From Chamaesiphon sp. (GTDB lineage: Bacteria; Cyanobacteriota; Cyanobacteriia; Cyanobacteriales; Chamaesiphonaceae): a stretch of DNA of 64,000 nucleotides. Location: assembly GCA_965246715.1 (NCBI GenBank), contig CBDFFH010000038.1, positions 64,001 through 128,000 of the forward strand, read 5' to 3'. This document shows, piece after piece, positions 30,932 through 46,537 of the stretch. Made by a program: the position numbers and the translations under genes. Under the pieces are notes generated by a model. The model had not been told where the DNA came from. It was given only the letters and a program-made list of their open reading frames with translations, and made no database searches. How positions within the stretch are numbered: the first letter of the stretch is position 1; every line of letters starts with the position of its first letter.

Positions 30932-32407
30932 ATGCAATCACGCGCAGTTCGGGAAGGTTCGGTAGGATTGCTGTTAATCGCAGGATTGGCGGTATTCGGT
31001 GGGATTTTTTTGTGGCTCAAAGGATTGGCTCCTGGCAGTCAGACTTACAATATTATCGCTAGATTTGCCGAAGCACCAGGGATTCAACCGGGAGGGGTCG
31101 TCCGGTTTCGGGGGATTAGGGTCGGCAAAATCGCCAAAATCGAACCTGGTGCCAATGGTGTCGAGGTAGTGATGCAAATGGACGATCCCAATCTAACCAT
31201 TCCCAAAGATGTCAGTATCGAAATCAGTCAGACTGGGTTGATTGGCGAACCCGTGTTAGAAATTATCCCCCGGAATACAGTCGCATTAAATACTAATGCG
31301 ATCGCTAAAGCATTGGATAGTAAATGCGACCCCAAATTGATTCTCTGTAATAACGCGCGGGTAGATGGACAAATTGGTGCGAGTTTTAATGAATTGCTGC
31401 GACGGGCAACAAAATTGGTCGATTTATATAGTAATCCCCAACTTGTTAACAATCTCAACGCTACGCTAGCAAAAACTGGAACAGCCGCCGAAGATTTTTC
31501 GCGGCTGTCCAAGAACTTAACTAAACTCAGCAGTGATTTTTCGAGCTTGCCCAAAAGTGTCGAGTCGAGTTTAAATAAGTTGTCTGTTAAAGCAGATGTG
31601 CTGACCACATCATTATCTACCACTAGTAATAAATTTGGTAATACGGCGGATAAGTTTAATACAACTGCCACTCAATTAAATCAAACCGCGATCGAGTACA
31701 AAAAGTTAGCGACATCTGTTAATGGTTTGGTTGCTGAAAATCGCAAAACTTTTACAACTTCATTAAATAACTTTAACGCTCTAAGTCTCGATTTACGAAA
31801 AACTGTTAATGCAGTCAATCCCTCGATCGTTAAGCTCAACTCAACGCTATCTAAAGTAAATTCCGATAAATTGGCGAAAGATTTAGATGCAGTATTAACC
31901 AATGCCAATCAAACTTCGCTCAACCTTAAAAATGCTTCGGCAACTCTCAACGATCCAAAGACATTATTAATCCTCCAACAGACATTAGATTCCGCACGAA
32001 CGACATTTCAAAATACTCAGAAAATTACCGCCGACCTCGACGATCTGACTGGTAGCCCTGAATTTAGATCCAATCTCCGCAATCTAGTCAATGGCTTGGG
32101 TAAATTAGTTTCCTCTACTGAGCAATTGGAACAACAGGCTAAATTAGCTCAAACGATCGAACCAATCGGCAAGTCGCTTACGTACATCAGTAAAATGCCA
32201 TCCCCAATTCCGGCGGTACGCCAACCAGTATTAGTACCGATCGATCCAAACTCAAATTCCAAACTCGGTGGCATCGATCGATCTAAATCCGAGCCAAAAT
32301 ACCGACTCAAAGTTAACACCCCATTACTAGAAGTCTCTCCCAGTCCATCGGCTCAGCCACAGAGTCGCAACAATTTACAACCGCTCCCAACTTCTTCTAA
32401 ACCATGA
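30932..32407 (+). CDS. MCE/MlaD family lipid transport protein (Ycf22/TGD2-like)
   Basis: REGSVGL, N-terminal TM, VRFRGIRVGKI MCE domain, long helical region. Confidence 0.9.
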   Translation: MQSRAVREGSVGLLLIAGLAVFGGIFLWLKGLAPGSQTYNIIARFAEAPGIQPGGVVRFRGIRVGKIAKIEPGANGVEVVMQMDDPNLTIPKDVSIEISQTGLIGEPVLEIIPRNTVALNTNAIAKALDSKCDPKLILCNNARVDGQIGASFNELLRRATKLVDLYSNPQLVNNLNATLAKTGTAAEDFSRLSKNLTKLSSDFSSLPKSVESSLNKLSVKADVLTTSLSTTSNKFGNTADKFNTTATQLNQTAIEYKKLATSVNGLVAENRKTFTTSLNNFNALSLDLRKTVNAVNPSIVKLNSTLSKVNSDKLAKDLDAVLTNANQTSLNLKNASATLNDPKTLLILQQTLDSARTTFQNTQKITADLDDLTGSPEFRSNLRNLVNGLGKLVSSTEQLEQQAKLAQTIEPIGKSLTYISKMPSPIPAVRQPVLVPIDPNSNSKLGGIDRSKSEPKYRLKVNTPLLEVSPSPSAQPQSRNNLQPLPTSSKP

Positions 32408-32413
32408 ACTTTC

Positions 32414-33828
32414 GGTTCTACCGAACTTACTATGCTAAATCAAGGATTGAAATGCCATGCTAGCAAACTTCTGATCTGAAAATTCTCAAAATTTCTAAAC
32501 CCATATCCCATTCTTTTTATTAGCTTGAGTTTATTGTTAATTCCTTCGACGACTCCTTGAGTTGTTCTATTATCAAAATAGGCAATTATTTCACCAATCC
32601 ATCTTTTAATAGTTCCACAACTCTTGGGGAATTTCCCACAAGCATTCTTGAGCCAGTCACACAAGCTTATTAGCCCATTTCCCCAATCTGTTTTTGATTC
32701 AAATATATCTCTAAATAACTCTTTTGTTTTGTGCATTGCTGCTAATTCTGGAAAAACGTCTCCAATCTCTTTCAACTTCTCTTTTTGCAATTCATTCAAA
32801 TCCGCTTCGTTTTTGAGTATTGCATATTTACTGTGAGTTAATGCTGCTAATTTCTTGTTCTTTTCATCTTTGTTCTTCACCCTCTCAGCCTCTCTTTTGA
32901 TTTTAATTCTCTCTCGATCTAACTCTTCATTTATCTGTTTCATTACATGAAATCTGTCTCCAACCACTTCAGCATTTGGTATCAATTCATTTACCAGACT
33001 TTTGTATGATGAAAATAGATCGATACTTACTTCTGTAATTTGGTTCAAAACCTCCGAACCCCAAGACTTCAAGCACTCACCAATACATTCTTGAGTCCTT
33101 TTTGGTAAGATGGCTATTAACTCTCTTTTTTCTAGATCTACTAACACCGCACAATAGTTTTTTTGCCCTTTAACAAAGGCAATTTCATCAATTCCTAGTC
33201 TGGTTAAATTCTCTGGCTTTTTTTGCACTAGATTTACCCCAGCTTTTTTGATTATTGTCTCCACTTCTTGCTCACTTAATCCATTTCTTTTGGCAACACT
33301 TTTAATATCACTAGCTAGACTCTCTTCGACAATCTTCTGCTTCATTCGCTCGGTGAAATGACTTCTCTTTTTGATGAAATTTAATTCCTCACTGAATTTT
33401 CGACCACAACTCATACACTTGAATTGACGACGATTAATTTTAAGGTAAACATCATGTTCACCGAATGGTAGATCTCTCACTGTTAATTGGTGATTCTCAT
33501 GAAGTTTATTACTTTCAGTTCCACAATGAGGACACACTGCTTTTAATTGCTGATTTTCTAGATAAATAAAATAACCGATTTCATCTAAGATCTTATAAGC
33601 AGTGACGGTCATTCCGTCGATATTAAGAATTTCATTAATGGTTTTTAGTTGCGATTTGGATGACATAATGCAATTCAAGCTTATTTGTTGCCAGAAATCA
33701 AGATCTTACTATTCTATAATAAAATCTGTCATTTATGCTGCACCAAGCTTCCATAACTCAAAATTATCAATTTTGTCAATTAAACTTGATTCTTATCCAC
33801 TACTTAGCATAGCAAGTTCGGTAGAGCC
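32414..33828 (-). mobile_element. ISL3 family insertion sequence, 1415 bp
   Basis: TIR ggttctaccgaacttactatgctaa / ttagcatagcaagttcggtagagcc; 8-bp TSD gaactttc at 32406-32413 and 33829-33836. Confidence 0.95.
32440..33678 (-). CDS. ISL3 family transposase
   Basis: CPHCG/CMSC zinc finger, LGIDE, DRFHV, EGINNKLKLIKRMGYGFRNF. Confidence 0.96.
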   Translation of the reverse strand: MNCIMSSKSQLKTINEILNIDGMTVTAYKILDEIGYFIYLENQQLKAVCPHCGTESNKLHENHQLTVRDLPFGEHDVYLKINRRQFKCMSCGRKFSEELNFIKKRSHFTERMKQKIVEESLASDIKSVAKRNGLSEQEVETIIKKAGVNLVQKKPENLTRLGIDEIAFVKGQKNYCAVLVDLEKRELIAILPKRTQECIGECLKSWGSEVLNQITEVSIDLFSSYKSLVNELIPNAEVVGDRFHVMKQINEELDRERIKIKREAERVKNKDEKNKKLAALTHSKYAILKNEADLNELQKEKLKEIGDVFPELAAMHKTKELFRDIFESKTDWGNGLISLCDWLKNACGKFPKSCGTIKRWIGEIIAYFDNRTTQGVVEGINNKLKLIKRMGYGFRNFENFQIRSLLAWHFNP

Positions 33829-34005
33829 GAACTTTCGGCGCAAGATTGTTGTCAGGCTCCGAGCCTTGCGATTATTAATAAGTATTATTTCCCCAATCTC
33901 GCGATCGGTGTTATTTAATAATAAGATGTAGATAAAACAATTTCGCGCTGAGTTATTTTTATATAAAACTCGATCTTCGAGCATTAGCGATCGATTTGAG
34001 CACAT

Positions 34006-34839
34006 GTGACTAAACTAACCAGCCAAACTAGATCTCTCCGTCGTAGTTGGTGGATTAAACGTAGCCTTACAATTGTCTATGGGCTAACGATCGTGTATGG
34101 AGTTGTGGCTTATACAATCTTGCCAGCATTATGGCGACACTACGAACACAATCCCAACTTGGCAGCATCGCCCAAAGTCACGCGCACAGCTGAAGGCATT
34201 CCTGGAGATCCACTGAATATTGGGGTAGTTGGTACGCAATCGGAAGTAGTTCGATCCCTGCTCTTAGCAGGTTGGTATCCAGCAGATCCGTTAACGCTGA
34301 AGACTAGCATCGGTATTGCCAAGAGTGTGTTATTCAAGCGTCCGTATATCACCGCCCCAGTTAGCGATTTATACTTTTATGGACGAAGACAAGATTTAGC
34401 GTTCGAGCAACCCGTCGGTAGTAGCGCCAACCAACGCCATCACGTTCGGTTTTGGCGATCGAGCATCGACGATCCTGCTAGTGGTAGAATCCTCTGGGTC
34501 GGTTCGGCAACATTCGATCTCAAAAGTGGATTCAGTCATCTCACAGGTAAGATTACCCATCATATTGCTGCTGACATCGACACCGAAAGAAATAGTACGA
34601 TCGCCAGTTTAGAAAGCGTACATCAAGTAATTAGCATCTACCAAGTCGCTGGAGTCGATCCGACTCTTCGGGCATATAATGGCGGGGGCGATCCGTATTA
34701 TACAGATGGAGAAATAACGATCGCCTTATTATCCACAAATAATCTTCCATCGACTCAAGCTCCAATTCAATCACCCAACCCTCCCGCAATCCAAGTTAAA
34801 CATCAGCTTTGGCAATGGTGGCGAGGAATTAAGGGATAA
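34006..34839 (+). CDS. LssY C-terminal domain protein
   Basis: GDPLNI, APVSDLY, QDLAFE, RHHVRFW, THHIAADID.ER, YYTDG. Confidence 0.85.
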   Translation: MTKLTSQTRSLRRSWWIKRSLTIVYGLTIVYGVVAYTILPALWRHYEHNPNLAASPKVTRTAEGIPGDPLNIGVVGTQSEVVRSLLLAGWYPADPLTLKTSIGIAKSVLFKRPYITAPVSDLYFYGRRQDLAFEQPVGSSANQRHHVRFWRSSIDDPASGRILWVGSATFDLKSGFSHLTGKITHHIAADIDTERNSTIASLESVHQVISIYQVAGVDPTLRAYNGGGDPYYTDGEITIALLSTNNLPSTQAPIQSPNPPAIQVKHQLWQWWRGIKG

Positions 34840-34854
34840 TTTTCTGACTTGAAT

Positions 34855-35817
34855 TTAACTCATTCGATCGTATTTTTTAGCTTGAATTTGTTTGCGACCG
34901 ACTTCCGCTAAAGTATATAAAGGTCTACCTTTGACTTCCTCATAGATCCGTCCGATATATTCTCCTAAAATCCCGATACTAATTAATTGCACGGCACCTA
35001 AAAAGAAAATTGCGATCGCAATGGTAGCAAAACCAGTGAGTGTGGAATGAGGCGTAAAAAATCGCCAATAGAATACCAACACAGCCATAATCAGTGCGAC
35101 TAATGCCGAAAATAGTCCTAAATAAGTAGACAACCGCAGGGGGATACTCGAGAACGAAACTAACCCATTGATTGCCAATCCAAAACTTTTCGCAAACGTA
35201 TATTTAACATCCCCTGCAAACCGTGAATCTCGATCGAATTTAAGTGCAGTTTGCTTGAAACCCACCCACGAGCGCAACCCTCGAATATACCGATTGCGTT
35301 CGGGCATCTGGTTGAGAAGATCTACTACCTGTCGATCCATCAAACAAAAATCACCAGTATCTGTAGGAATATCTACATCGGCTAGCTGTTTGAGAATCCG
35401 ATAAAATGCATACGCACAAAGCCGCTTAAACCAACTTTCGTTGACTCTTTTCGTCCGTTGAGCATAAACAACTTGATACCCCTGTTGCCATAATACAAGC
35501 ATCTGCGGAATTAATTCAGGCGGATCTTGCAGATCCGCATCCATCACGATAATTACCTTGCCCCGTACATAATTCAGCCCAGCCGTAACCGCAATTTGAT
35601 GGCCGAAATTTCTTGACAGACTCAGGTAAACGACCCGTTCGTCTCGCTCGTGTAATTCTCTTAATAACTCTAACGTGCGATCGCGACTACCATCATTAAT
35701 CAAAATTAATTCTGCCAAATCGTCTAATTTATCTATTACCGCACTCACCCGTTGATACAATGCCGGAATCGTACTCTCTTCGTTATAGACAGGAATCACC
35801 AACGAATATTTTGGCAT
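34855..35817 (-). CDS. GT2 polyprenol-phosphate glycosyltransferase (GtrB-like)
   Basis: [29 protein letters not shown], two C-terminal TMs, GEYIGRIY. Confidence 0.93.
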   Translation of the reverse strand: MPKYSLVIPVYNEESTIPALYQRVSAVIDKLDDLAELILINDGSRDRTLELLRELHERDERVVYLSLSRNFGHQIAVTAGLNYVRGKVIIVMDADLQDPPELIPQMLVLWQQGYQVVYAQRTKRVNESWFKRLCAYAFYRILKQLADVDIPTDTGDFCLMDRQVVDLLNQMPERNRYIRGLRSWVGFKQTALKFDRDSRFAGDVKYTFAKSFGLAINGLVSFSSIPLRLSTYLGLFSALVALIMAVLVFYWRFFTPHSTLTGFATIAIAIFFLGAVQLISIGILGEYIGRIYEEVKGRPLYTLAEVGRKQIQAKKYDRMS

Positions 35818-35999
35818 GGAATTATAATCGATCGTTAAACTCAAAAAACTCAAAAACTACTGGTATGAATTACACTGTCTCTTCTCTTCGATCGATTTGA
35901 TAATTCGATTAACTCGATCGAACTTAGCGATTAGGTATCTGTTAAATATTCATTCTAGCACTCGAAAATCTATAATCTATCTCCACGTGTAAGTAAAAC

Positions 36000-36030
36000 A
36001 AAACTCCTCAAGAAGTTCTTAAGGAGTTTT
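36000..36030 (-). terminator. rrn operon terminator hairpin
   Basis: aaaactcct...aggagtttt immediately downstream of 5S. Confidence 0.65.
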
Positions 36031-36043
36031 GCTTGAAGATTAA

Positions 36044-36162
36044 GCTTGGCACCGAGCTATTTTGACAGGGGGCAACCCCCCAACTATCGTCGCCGCAACA
36101 GCGTTTAACAACCGAGTTCGGGAAGGGATCGGAGTGGAACCACTATGCCATAGACACCAAGC
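36044..36162 (-). rRNA. rrf: 5S rRNA
   Basis: Reverse complement of conserved 5S (ccgagttcgggaagggatcgg); ends approximate. Confidence 0.95.
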
Positions 36163-36248
36163 AGGTGTGGTTTTAACGCACACCTTGAAGACTGCAGAGT
36201 AATCAACATATTTATTGTCAGGGATGGCAAATCCAAATCTTGATTTAC

Positions 36249-39141
<2,893 letters not shown>

Positions 39142-39404
39142 ACTTCATGACTTTACTCAAACAACTTGTTATTCACTTTGTTGCTTCAACTTTGTCATGA
39201 GTTTAAATTAGTTTGGATTGTCTGTAATCTTGCGATTACGACTACCTGACTTGTTGATTACTATGCAGTTGTCAAGGTGCGAACTGGACTTTAAGTCCAG
39301 CAGACTACTTTTTAGTTAGTAGGTGCTGAAATCACTTCCGCTGTTTGCTGGTTGATTCTAGTTTGAAGCTGAGTGTGTTGGTTTTAGCTGATGGTGGAAA
39401 CCAA

Positions 39405-39477
39405 TGGAGGTTAGCGGACTCGAACCGCTGACATCCTGCTTGCAAAGCAGGCGCTCTACCAACTGAGCTAAACCCCC
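39405..39477 (-). tRNA. tRNA-Ala(TGC)
   Basis: GGGGGTTTAGCTCAGTTGGTAGAGCGCCTGCTTTGCAAGC... in the 16S-23S spacer. Confidence 0.97.
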
Positions 39478-39545
39478 TAGTTTGTTTAACAGTTACTGGT
39501 GTTTGAATTCAGTTAGGTGCTAAATTTACAACTGATAAGAAAAGA

Positions 39546-39619
<74 letters not shown>

Positions 39620-39738
39620 AGGTCAGCTGAACTAGAATATAAGTTTGAAAGCCACTCTCGATAACTCGCTCGACCTTGGGATAACATATATCTGACTTAA
39701 TCCAAATTGTTTCGGTCGAGATATTGTGAGGTCTCCCT

Positions 39739-41226
<1,488 letters not shown>

Positions 41227-41448
41227 AATATATGAAGAGCCACTAACTTGGCTCGATTTGTATTATTTTAAGACTCTACTCGTCTGCTCTTCCCATAACT
41301 GAGTTGAGCTGTTATAATCGTGTTAACGAAATTAACGAGGTTTAATCGGCTTTCAAACTATATAGTTGTCTAGGTTCAGGGTGAAGAGTTTGGCTCTAGG
41401 AGCGACTTCCGTCGTTTCCGTGTCGCCGTTTCCCTCGACCGCTTTACT

Positions 41449-41477
41449 AATATAGCTTGTCTGTCTTTGATTGTCAA
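41449..41477 (-). promoter_or_regulatory. Sigma70-type rrn promoter
   Basis: Minus strand TTGACA-17 bp-TATATT upstream of the 16S leader. Confidence 0.8.
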
Positions 41478-41744
41478 TACTTTGCGCTAAATTTAGCTCC
41501 TCCTTCTCTGCGACTCGCTTTCAGCCCTTTTTTAGTAAGGATCCTTGAAGTATCCTCAAAGAAATTTAGATCTCAACCCCTATTCTCTGCCAAGCAAATC
41601 GGCTATAAGTCATGTATATAAAAACTTATAGCCGATTATTGTTTTTAAAATGTTTTTTGAGATAGCGATCGAAAATCCTCTTTAGGGTAGATTTTATTTG
41701 TTGAAAGATCGCCTAGATTTGAGGGGTATTTCAGTAAAGGTAGC

Positions 41745-43595
41745 GTGAGCGTGAAAGTCGGTGCTTGGTATGTAGGTAGCGATCGCTGCCAGTTTACAGT
41801 GTGGGCACCTAGTGCCGAACGGGTGGCAGTCAAAATTGTCGCTCCTACCAAGCGGGTATTGCCGATGCAACCGCTCGAATTTGGCTACTGGCAAGTCACC
41901 GCAGAGCAAATCGTGCCAGGGACTACTTATATGTATCAGCTCGATGGCGATCTCGAACGTCCCGATCCGGCATCCCAGTCTCAACCTGAAGGGGTACATG
42001 GGGTTTCGCAGATAATCGACCATCCTCAGTTTGCCTGGAGCGATCGCGAGTGGTCGAATTTACCGCTTGAAGATCTGATTATTTACGAACTACATACGGG
42101 TACATTTACGTCTGACGGTACCTTCGATGCGATCGTCTCACGCTTGCCCTACTTGAAAGATTTGGGCGTAAATACGATCGAATTAATGCCGATCGCCCAA
42201 TTTCCTGGCAGCCGCAACTGGGGCTACGATGGTGTTTACCCCTTTGCTGTGCAAGATTCCTATGGAGGTGTCAATGGCCTCAAGCGCTTGGTCGATGCTT
42301 GTCACCAGCAAGGCATGGCCATCCTATTGGATGTAGTTTACAACCATTTTGGCCCCGAAGGCTGCTACATCGGCGATTTTGGCCCCTACTATATCGATAA
42401 ATACAAATGTTTGTGGGGCAGTGCGCTGAATTTTGATAGTGCAGCTAGCTACGGCGTACGTAACTACTTTATTCAAAATGCCCTTTATTGGCTGGAAACC
42501 TTTCACCTGGACGGTTTACGCCTAGATGCCAGCGACAACATTTTCGATCTCAATGCCAAACATTTTCTTCAAGAGCTAGCAGAAACCACCGCAGAGCTGT
42601 CCGAACGTGCAGGTAGACCATTTTACCTAATTGCTGAAAACGACCTCAGCGATGTCCGCCTCACTCGCACAGCCGCGCAAGGCGGTTACGGGCTGGATGC
42701 CCAGTGGAACGATGCTTTTCACCATTGCGTGCATACTGTCCTCACGGGCGAACAGTCAGGGTATTACAAAGATTATGGTACCTTCGAGCAACTAGCTAAA
42801 GCCTACAAGCAAGGATTCGTCTACTCTTGGGACTACTCACCCGATCGTCAGCGTTATCATGGTAGCGATTCAAGCGAGTTGCCAGGGCATAAAATGGTAG
42901 TTTGCATCCAAAATCACGATCAAGTAGGCAACCGGATTTTAGGCGATCGATTGACGCAATTAGTTTCATTTGATGCACTCAAAGTTGCCGCTGCGGCTCT
43001 ATTTTTAGCGCCGAATATTCCCCTATTATTTATGGGTGAAGAATATGCTGAAGATGCCCCTTTCCTCTACTTTGTCAGTCATACCGACCCCGAATTAATT
43101 GCTGCCGTTCGCGCTGGACGCAAGGAAGAATTCGCCCACTTTCATTTAGACCAGGATTACATCGATCCCGAAAGTGATGAAGCTTTCGATCGATCGCGCT
43201 TGCGCTGGGAAACCTGCCAGCAGGGCAAGCATCAAGTGATGTTTAGTTTGTACCAGCATTTAATTCAATTACGTTGCACGATTCCGGCGCTCAAACAATT
43301 AAATAAGCAAAATCTCGATGCGATCGGATTAGCTAAAGAGAAAGTTTTACTATTGCATCGCTGGTGTGATAATGGGGCAATTTTGTGTCTACTTAATTTT
43401 GGGCAGGAGGATGTCTCGTTCTCGCCAAATGTTCCCGATGGCAACTGGCAAAAAATCCTTGATTCTGCGGATGATAAATGGTTGGGTGTTGGTTCTTTAA
43501 TGCCGGAAATATTGAGTTCTTCAGATCGAGCGATTTCAATGCGAGCGAGCAGTTTTGCACTTTATCAATCCTATATAAGGGGGGTTGGGGGGTAA
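41745..43595 (+). CDS. treZ: Malto-oligosyltrehalose trehalohydrolase
   Basis: DPASQSQPEGVHG, YELHTGTF, RNWGYDG, DGLRLDA, QNHDQVGNR. Confidence 0.95.
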   Translation: MSVKVGAWYVGSDRCQFTVWAPSAERVAVKIVAPTKRVLPMQPLEFGYWQVTAEQIVPGTTYMYQLDGDLERPDPASQSQPEGVHGVSQIIDHPQFAWSDREWSNLPLEDLIIYELHTGTFTSDGTFDAIVSRLPYLKDLGVNTIELMPIAQFPGSRNWGYDGVYPFAVQDSYGGVNGLKRLVDACHQQGMAILLDVVYNHFGPEGCYIGDFGPYYIDKYKCLWGSALNFDSAASYGVRNYFIQNALYWLETFHLDGLRLDASDNIFDLNAKHFLQELAETTAELSERAGRPFYLIAENDLSDVRLTRTAAQGGYGLDAQWNDAFHHCVHTVLTGEQSGYYKDYGTFEQLAKAYKQGFVYSWDYSPDRQRYHGSDSSELPGHKMVVCIQNHDQVGNRILGDRLTQLVSFDALKVAAAALFLAPNIPLLFMGEEYAEDAPFLYFVSHTDPELIAAVRAGRKEEFAHFHLDQDYIDPESDEAFDRSRLRWETCQQGKHQVMFSLYQHLIQLRCTIPALKQLNKQNLDAIGLAKEKVLLLHRWCDNGAILCLLNFGQEDVSFSPNVPDGNWQKILDSADDKWLGVGSLMPEILSSSDRAISMRASSFALYQSYIRGVGG

Positions 43596-43684
43596 GTCAA
43601 CCTCAAACGAAGCTAGTTTGGACATGTGCATCCAACACAGTAAATGCCCCCCTCTTCCATAACCTAATTCAGCACCGCCGAATT

Positions 43685-46480
43685 ATGAGAATTCCTACTG
43701 CTACATATCGACTGCAATTTCACAACGACTATACCTTTACCAATGCTCGATCGATCGTCGCCTACCTATCTGAATTAGGCATCTCCGATATCTATGCCTC
43801 CCCGATTTTTAAAGCTAGAGCAGGCAGTACCCACGGTTATGATGTCGTCGATCCTACTCAACTGAATCCAGAATTGGGTACCGCTGAAGAATTTGCAGAT
43901 TTAGTCAAAGAAGTTCGCGATCGCCAGATGGGTTGGTTACAGGATATCGTGCCCAATCATATGGCTTACGACAGCCAAAATCTCTGGCTGATGGATATCT
44001 TAGAGAATGGTTCGGATGCGGAATCATTTGACTATTTTGACATCGATTGGACACCGATTTCGGGAACTCTTCCCGCTCGTGTTTTAGCACCATTGCTCGG
44101 CAATTTTTATGCCGAGTGTCTAGAACAGGGGGATATTAAACTGGCTTATGAAGAAGGTGGACTGAGCATCAATTATTTTGGGTTAAGATTGCCAGTTCGA
44201 CTCGAATCGTATAATCGGTTTATCAAGAATAATTTAGGACAAATTACGCGATCGCTTGGCAGAAACCATCCAGATTTTATCAAGCTGCTCGGAATTTTAT
44301 ACTTGGTGAAAAATGTTTCGAGCGAAGCCAAAGGTCGGGAGTTTTACGATCGGATTAGTTTTGTGAAATCTCTATTATGGGAACTCTATAACCAAAATGA
44401 GATCGTTAAAGAGTTGTTTGATGCTAACGTGCTGGCATTTAATGGCGAAGTCGGCAAACCGGAGAGCTTTAATTTACTAGACGAACTACTCGGCGAACAG
44501 TTTTATCGACTCTCATTTTGGAAAGTGGGCGCAGAAGAGATTAATTATCGACGCTTTTTCACCGTCAACGAATTGATTTCGGTCAAGGTTGAAGAATTAA
44601 AAGTTTTCACTAAAACTCATTCCCTAATTGCTCAACTAGTTGAAGACAGTATATTTACGGGATTGCGAATCGATCATATCGATGGTTTGTACGATCCCGC
44701 TCAGTATCTAGAACGACTGCGCGATCGAGTGGGAGACATATACATTACTGTCGAAAAAATTTTAGAACTGTCAGAAGATCTGCCTGCGGATTGGTCGATC
44801 CAAGGTACCAGTGGCTATGAATTTCTCAATTATGCGAATGGTTTATTTTGTGGTGCAAAATACCAGAAGCAGTTGACACAGTTTTACTCAACATTTACTA
44901 GATCGTTTACTGAATATGAGACGTTAGCCGCCGATAAAAAACGCTTGATTATCGAAACAAATTTGGCTGGCGATGTCAGTAATCTCGCCGATCGACTCAA
45001 ACGAATTGCGGGGCAAACACGTCTCGGCGGTGACTTTACAATTTATGGTTTAAAGCGCGCCCTCACTGAATTGTTAGCATTTTTTCCAGTTTATCGGACT
45101 TATATTGCCTCCGATCGAGTTACGGAAGCCGATCGGACTGTCATTCAGCAAGCGATCGCTTTGTCCAAACACAAAGTCCCCCAACAGGTTAAAGAGCTGG
45201 ACTATATCGAGCAACTATTACTTCGCCAAAATGAAGAATATTTGACCGAAGCTCAAAAGAGCGATCGGTTGAATTTTATCATGCGAATGCAGCAACTGAC
45301 TGGGCCGTTAATGGCTAAAGGGATTGAAGATACATTGCTCTATAGTTATAACCGCTTACTCTCACTCAATGAAGTCGGCGGCAATCCCAGTCACTTCGGG
45401 GTATCTGTAGGGCAATTTCACGAATTCAATCAACACAAAGTTGTGCAGTGGCAGCATTCGATGAACGCCACCGCCACCCACGACACCAAACGCGGCGAAG
45501 ATATGCGTGCCCGATTGAATGTGCTCTCAGAATTGCCCACAGAATGGATCGATCTCGTCAAAGTTTGGGCAGATAGGAATGCTGACAAAAAGCCAAAGAT
45601 CGCTGGAAAAGCCGTGCCAAATTGCAATGATGAATACTTTCTTTATCAGACATTAGTAGGCGCATTTCCATTTATCGACAGCGAGTTTGATGATTTTATC
45701 GATCGCATCAAAGCCTATACGATTAAATCGGTGCGCGAAGCCAAAGTACATACCGCTTGGCTGCGCCCCGATAGCGACTACGAGGAGGGTTATCTCGCCT
45801 TTATCGATGCCATCCTCGCCGAGCCAGAAACTAACCCCTTCTTGCGGGAATTTAAGTCATTTCAGAGTCAAGTCGCCGAGTTCGGCATTCTCAATTCCCT
45901 CTCACAAGTGCTGTTGAAAAATACCGCGCCAGGGGTGCCGGATCTCTATCAGGGCGATGAATTGTGGGATTTGAGCCTCGTCGATCCTGATAATCGTCGT
46001 CCGGTAGATTACGATCGCCGCAAAACCTCGCTGAGCTATATTCGGGAGCAGATCGATCGCGATATTCTAGCCCTCATCGATGAACTATTTACCACCCGAA
46101 CAGACGGCAACATTAAGCTATTTCTCACCTATCAATTGCTGCAAGCTCGAAAGAAAGATCGAGATTTATTCCAGCAAGGCGACTACATCCCGCTTGAAGT
46201 GATGGGCGAGTTTAAAGAGCATGTCATCGCCTTTGGACGGCAGTTTGATGGCAAAATGGCGATCGCGATCGCGCCACGTTTTTTCGTCGGTTTAGTATCA
46301 CCAGGAGAACGCCCTTTGGGACAGGAAATTTGGAAAGATACAAGCATTCAGCTACCACCATCGGCACCGACGAATTGGACGAACATCATTACGGCTCAAC
46401 CTTTGAAATCTTCCTCCAGCCATCTTTCTGTTGGAGCAGCCCTCGAGCATTTTGCAGTTGCGATCGCGATCGGTCAATAA
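43685..46480 (+). CDS. treY: Malto-oligosyltrehalose synthase
   Basis: MRIPTATYRLQ start, GSTHGYDV, DIVPNHM, GLRIDHIDGL, ATHDTKRGED, SLVDPDNRRPVD. Confidence 0.96.
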   Translation: MRIPTATYRLQFHNDYTFTNARSIVAYLSELGISDIYASPIFKARAGSTHGYDVVDPTQLNPELGTAEEFADLVKEVRDRQMGWLQDIVPNHMAYDSQNLWLMDILENGSDAESFDYFDIDWTPISGTLPARVLAPLLGNFYAECLEQGDIKLAYEEGGLSINYFGLRLPVRLESYNRFIKNNLGQITRSLGRNHPDFIKLLGILYLVKNVSSEAKGREFYDRISFVKSLLWELYNQNEIVKELFDANVLAFNGEVGKPESFNLLDELLGEQFYRLSFWKVGAEEINYRRFFTVNELISVKVEELKVFTKTHSLIAQLVEDSIFTGLRIDHIDGLYDPAQYLERLRDRVGDIYITVEKILELSEDLPADWSIQGTSGYEFLNYANGLFCGAKYQKQLTQFYSTFTRSFTEYETLAADKKRLIIETNLAGDVSNLADRLKRIAGQTRLGGDFTIYGLKRALTELLAFFPVYRTYIASDRVTEADRTVIQQAIALSKHKVPQQVKELDYIEQLLLRQNEEYLTEAQKSDRLNFIMRMQQLTGPLMAKGIEDTLLYSYNRLLSLNEVGGNPSHFGVSVGQFHEFNQHKVVQWQHSMNATATHDTKRGEDMRARLNVLSELPTEWIDLVKVWADRNADKKPKIAGKAVPNCNDEYFLYQTLVGAFPFIDSEFDDFIDRIKAYTIKSVREAKVHTAWLRPDSDYEEGYLAFIDAILAEPETNPFLREFKSFQSQVAEFGILNSLSQVLLKNTAPGVPDLYQGDELWDLSLVDPDNRRPVDYDRRKTSLSYIREQIDRDILALIDELFTTRTDGNIKLFLTYQLLQARKKDRDLFQQGDYIPLEVMGEFKEHVIAFGRQFDGKMAIAIAPRFFVGLVSPGERPLGQEIWKDTSIQLPPSAPTNWTNIITAQPLKSSSSHLSVGAALEHFAVAIAIGQ

Positions 46481-46537
46481 ATCCATAGGAATTTATCGAT
46501 CGCGAGATTATTTTTTAACACCAAACAAACGAACGCG

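Noticed and set aside
43478..43684. Long N-terminal extension of TreY
   Set aside because: It overlaps treZ; the family start MRIPTATYRLQ is at 43685.
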